Positions 59,614 through 64,000 of a stretch of 64,000 bases of DNA are shown here, in pieces. The stretch is taken from the NCBI RefSeq assembly GCF_009914755.1, contig NC_060947.1. One strand, written 5' to 3'. The translations under genes were made by a program, and so were the position numbers. The stretch's first letter is position 1. Every line of letters begins with the position of its first letter. The notes under the pieces were generated by a model. It was given only the letters and a program-made list of their open reading frames with translations. It did no database searches and was not told the origin of the DNA. Origin of the DNA: the human T2T-CHM13v2.0 reference genome, Homo sapiens.

Positions 59614-60281
59614 TCTTCTGTCATTCTGCTAATAAAAGAATGGATTAAGCCCTCAGGGGCTTTCTTTGGTTTTAATTGTTTTTGTATCAAACCCAAATAT
59701 ATTTTTTTCTATTGGGATGGAAAGGATTATCCCCTTTAATAAGAAAACACCTATTTTTTCAATTGCACCTGACTTAGTCAACTCCAGCTGGCTGTTTAGA
59801 ATGTATTAAGACAAAGAAATTATACAGGAAGATTTGTCAGACAAAAAAAAAGCTTTAAATTCACCTGCATTCTGTATTTTATAGCTATGATTTTTACAGT
59901 TACTTACTAACTTCCGTACTGTCTTTGATAAAGGTTACGTTTGATAATATTTTGTTATTTATTTTTATCTCACTAGACTGTTTAGAAATGCTTTTCAATA
60001 ACACAATTTTAATAAATTCATAAATACATACAGGATTATTAAGGAAATATTAATAAAACATTTCATCTAATTTAGGCTGAAAACATACTTCATTATTTCT
60101 GAAGATACAGAGTGGGATAATGACTTATGAAAGAAAAAGAAAAGCCTTATGTAAAACATTTCACAATTAATGTTTAAGCTCTTCCAAAGCTGCCTCTTAG
60201 CCATTCTGTAGGGTTATGCTGATCTCTTATAAACAAGAAAATTGGTTTCTAGATGCTGTCTGGAATGTTAATGTCCTTCAA

Positions 60282-60446
60282 TTTTATTTTTATTTTTTTA
60301 GAGGCATCTCACTCTGGTGTCCAGACTGGAATGCCATGACATGATCAAAACTCACTGTGGCCTCCAATTCCTGGCTCAAGCAATCCTGCCACCTTAGCCT
60401 CCTGAGTAGCTGTGACTACAGGCATGCACCTCCACAACCAACTAAT
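60282..60446 (-). mobile_element. AluJ right arm / FRAM-like monomer
   Basis: T-tail and right monomer only, abutting L1 sequence. Confidence 0.85.
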
Positions 60447-63255
60447 GTATATTCTGTTGATTTGGGGGTGGAGAGTTCTATAGATGTCTATTAGGTCTGC
60501 TTGGTGCAGAGCTGAGTTCAAGTCCTGGATATCCTTGTTAACCTTCTGTCCCATTGATCTGTCTAATATTGACAGTGGGGTGTTAAAGTCTCCCATTATT
60601 ATTGTGTGGGAGTCTGAGTCTCTTTGTAGGTCTCTAAGGACTTGCTGTATGAATCTGGGTGCTCCTGTATTAGGTGCATATATATTTAGGATAGTTAGCT
60701 CTTCTTGTTGAATTGATCCCTTTACCATTATGTAATGGCCTTCTTTGTCTCCTTTGATCTTTGTTGGTTTAAAGTCTGTTTTATCAGAGACTATGATTGC
60801 AACCCCTGCTTTTTTTTTTTTTTTTTTTTTGCTTTCCATTTGCTTGGTAGATCTTCCTCCATCCCTTTATTTTGAGCCTATGTGTGTCTCTGCACATGAG
60901 ATGGGTCTCCTGAATACAGCACACTGATGGGTCTTGACTCTTTATCTAATTTGCCAGTCTGTGTCTTTTTTAATTGGGGCACTTAGCCTATTTACATTTA
61001 AGGCTAATATTGTTATTTGTGAATTTGATCCTGTCATTATGATGTTAGTTGGTTATTTTGCCCATTAATTGATGCAGTTTCTTCATAGCATCGATGGTCT
61101 GTACAATTTGGCATGTTTTTGCAGTGGCTGGTACCGGTTGTTTTTTTCCATGTTTAGTGCTTCCTTCAGGAGCTCTTGTAAGGCAGGCCTGGTGGTGACA
61201 AAATCTCTCAGCATTTGCTTGTCTGTAAATGATTTTATTTCTCTTTCACTTATGAAGCTTAGTTTGGCTGGATATGAAATTCTGGTTTGAAAATTATTTT
61301 CTTTAGAATGTTGAATATTGGCTGCCACTCTCTTCTGGCTTATAGGATTTCTGCTGAGAGATCTGCTGTTAGTCTGATGGGCTTCCCTTTGTGGGTAATC
61401 CGACCTTTCTCTCTGGCTGCCCTTAGCATTTTTTCCTTCATTTCAACCTTGGTGAATCTGACAATTATGTGTCTTGGGGTTGCTCTTCTCGAGGAGTATC
61501 TTTGTGGTGTTCTCTGTATTTCCTGAATTTGAATGTTGGCCTGCCTTGCTAGATTGGGGAAGTTCTGCTGGATAATATTCTGAAGAGTGTTTTCCAACTT
61601 GGTTCCATTCTCCCTATCACTTTCAGGTACACCAATCCAACGTAGATTTGGTCTTTTCACACAGTCCCATATTTCTTGGAGGCTTTGTTGGTTTCTTTTT
61701 ACTCTTTTTTCTCTAACCTTGTCTTCTCGCTTTATTTCATTAATTTGATCTTCAATCACTGATATCCTTTCTTCTGTTTGATCGATTTGGCTATTGATAC
61801 TTGTGTATTCTTCATGAAGTTCTGGTGCTGTGTTTTTCAGCTCCATCAGATCATATATGTTCTTCTCTACATTGATTATTCAGCTATTGAAGCTTGTGCA
61901 TTCATCACAAAGTTCTTGTGCCATGGTTTTCAGCTCCATCAGGTCACTTAAGGTCTTCTCTACACTGTTTATTCTAGTTAGCCATTTGTCTAACCTTTTT
62001 TCAAGGTTTTTAGCTTCCTTATGATGGGTTTGAACATGCTCCTTTAGCTTGGAGAAGTTTGCTATTACCGACCTTCTGAAGCCTACTTCTGTCAACTCAT
62101 CAAAGTCATCCTCCTTCCAGCTTTGTTCCATTGCTGTCAAGGAGCTGCAATCCTTTGGAGGAGAAGAGTCGCTCTGGTTTTTAGAATGTCCAGCTTTTCT
62201 GACCTTGTTTCTCCCTGTCTTTGTGGTTTTATCTACCTTTGGTCTTTGATGTTGGTGACCTACAGATGGGGCTTTGGTGTAGATGTCCTTTTTGTTTATG
62301 TTGATGCTATTTCTTTCTCTATGTTAGTTTTCCTTCTAACACTCAGGCCCCTTTTCTGCAGGTCTGCTGGAGTTTGCTAGAGGTCCTCTCTAGACCTTGT
62401 TTTCCTGGGTATCACCAGCAGAGGCTGCAGAACAGCGAATATTGCAGAATGGCAAATATTGCTGCCTGATCCTTCCTCTGGAAGCTTTGTCCCAGAGGGG
62501 CACCTGCCTATATGAGGTGTCTGTCGGACCCTACTGGGAGGTGTCTCCCAGTTAGGCTACATGGGGGTCAGGGACCCACTTGAGGAGGCAGTCTGTACAT
62601 TCTTAGAGCTCAAACGCCATGCTGGGAGAATGACTGCCCTCTTCAGAGCTGTCAGACAGGGATGTTTAAGTCTGCAGAAGTTGTCTGCTGCCTTTTGTTC
62701 AGCTATGCCCTGCCCACAGAGGTGGAGTCTATAGAGGCAGTAGGCCTTGCTGAGCAGTGGTGGGCTCTGCCAGTTTGAGCTTCCTGGCCACTTTGTTTAC
62801 CTACTTAAGCCACAGCAATGGCAGACACCCCTCCCCCAGCCAGGCTGCCACCTCGCAGTTCAATCTCAGACTGCTGAGCTAGTAGTGAACAAGGCTCCGT
62901 GGGCATGGGACCCACTGAGCCAGGCACGGGAGAGAATCTCCTTGTTTGCCAGTTGCTAAGACCTTGGGAAAAGCGCAGTATTTGGGCAGGAGTGTCCCAT
63001 TTTTCCAGGTACAGTCTGTCATGGCTTCCCTTGACTAGGAAAGGGAAATTCCCTGACCCCTTGTGCTTCCCGGGTGAGGCAACGCCCCACCCTGCTTTGG
63101 CTCACCCTCCCATGGGCTGCACCCACTGTCCAACCAGTCCCAATGACTTGAACCAGGTACCTCAGTTGGAAATGCAGAAATCACCCGTCTTCTGTGTCGA
63201 TCACGCTGGGAGCTGCAGACTGGAGCTGTTCCTATTCAACCATCTTGGGATGGAA
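60444..63255 (-). mobile_element. 3'-truncated L1PA (L1PA6/7-like): 5'UTR, ORF1 and the endonuclease start of ORF2
   Basis: ORF1p remnants (61880..62140, 61340..61846, 61083..61328) and the EN domain (60345..60839 KAGVAII.SDKTDFKPTKIK..GDFNTPLS). The 5' end on the minus strand reads CCAAGATGGTTGAATAGGAACAGCTCC. Stops and frameshifts are present. Confidence 0.95.
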
Positions 63256-64000
63256 GCCAAACTTTATTTTATTTTTAAAACTGTAGAAGCTTTGTCTCTT
63301 TTCCTAAGTCAGTTAACTGTACTTTATAAAAAGTATTTTTTATCTACCTTTGTAATTCATCAAAATAAAATACATTGAAAGAAAAAAATTTGCAATGTAT
63401 CTTTCTTGAGAACACCAACTATCACTGTTTTTGCTAATCTATGTGCTCAGCATATCACATTTAATATTTGTTGAATTAAGGAATGAGGGTCAGGTAATTA
63501 AGTAACTTTTCCATGGTCACTCAGCTTTGGGAAACCCTACTTTTGAATTTACTGTTTATACTATCTTAGGTCTGCTAAAATTATGGGGCTGGTGGAGCCA
63601 TCTTACAATAACAAGGAGTCAAACAAGAGAAAAAAGTCAAATGAGTACATGACGCTGGCTTGAAAATCATCAAGTTTCTGGATTAAGGACAGCAGCCATA
63701 TTTATTCAGAATTTCTGTTATAAGAGAAAGATATATCCCATCTTTGTTTAAGCTGTTATAAGACAGGTTTTATGTTATTGCAGCTTAAAGTATCTGATAG
63801 ATTCTCTTCTGCTCATGAGAGCCACAGCCCTTGTTTTGCTGCTCCTCGTGTGGACAGGAGTCTGGAACACTGGTTTAGAATAGCCATGCACTAGAAGTCC
63901 TGTGTAGTCAGGAAAAAAATCTGTTCCACATGACAATTAGGGATATAGAGGGTTCTTTGCTGTATGTGCTTCTAAGATTGGGAGGCAAGGAGGAAGGAAG

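Noticed and set aside
60345-62140. L1 ORF1/ORF2 ORFs as an active retrotransposon
   Set aside because: ORF1 has stops and frameshifts, and ORF2 is truncated within the endonuclease domain.

Overview
This window is repeat-dense primate (human-like) genomic DNA, shown by Alu J/S/Y, L1PA/L1MA, THE1/MST/MLT, Tigger1, MIR/L2 and MER5/MER58 elements. I found no intact protein-coding gene. The only gene-derived sequence is an intronless, CpG-rich FTHL17-type ferritin heavy-chain pseudogene on the minus strand (32182-31632), with a stop at codon 7 and a 1-bp frameshift. This family suggests the X chromosome, but that is inference. The most notable structures are: (i) an ~8.3 kb TA-rich tract (41037-49335) built from sub-arrays and fold-back palindromes; (ii) an old ~1.7 kb direct duplication of the pseudogene's 3' flank (15510-17180 vs 29525-31400) whose left copy has no ferritin gene; (iii) a ~145 bp inverted, near-identical copy of a neighbouring Alu's private sequence, with no TSD or poly-A (26834-26979); (iv) an in-frame 93-bp duplication in an L1PA ORF1 coiled coil. 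I did not find evidence for a new multi-gene system. Repeat subfamily names are from recognition by eye, not from a database search, and identities are visual estimates.
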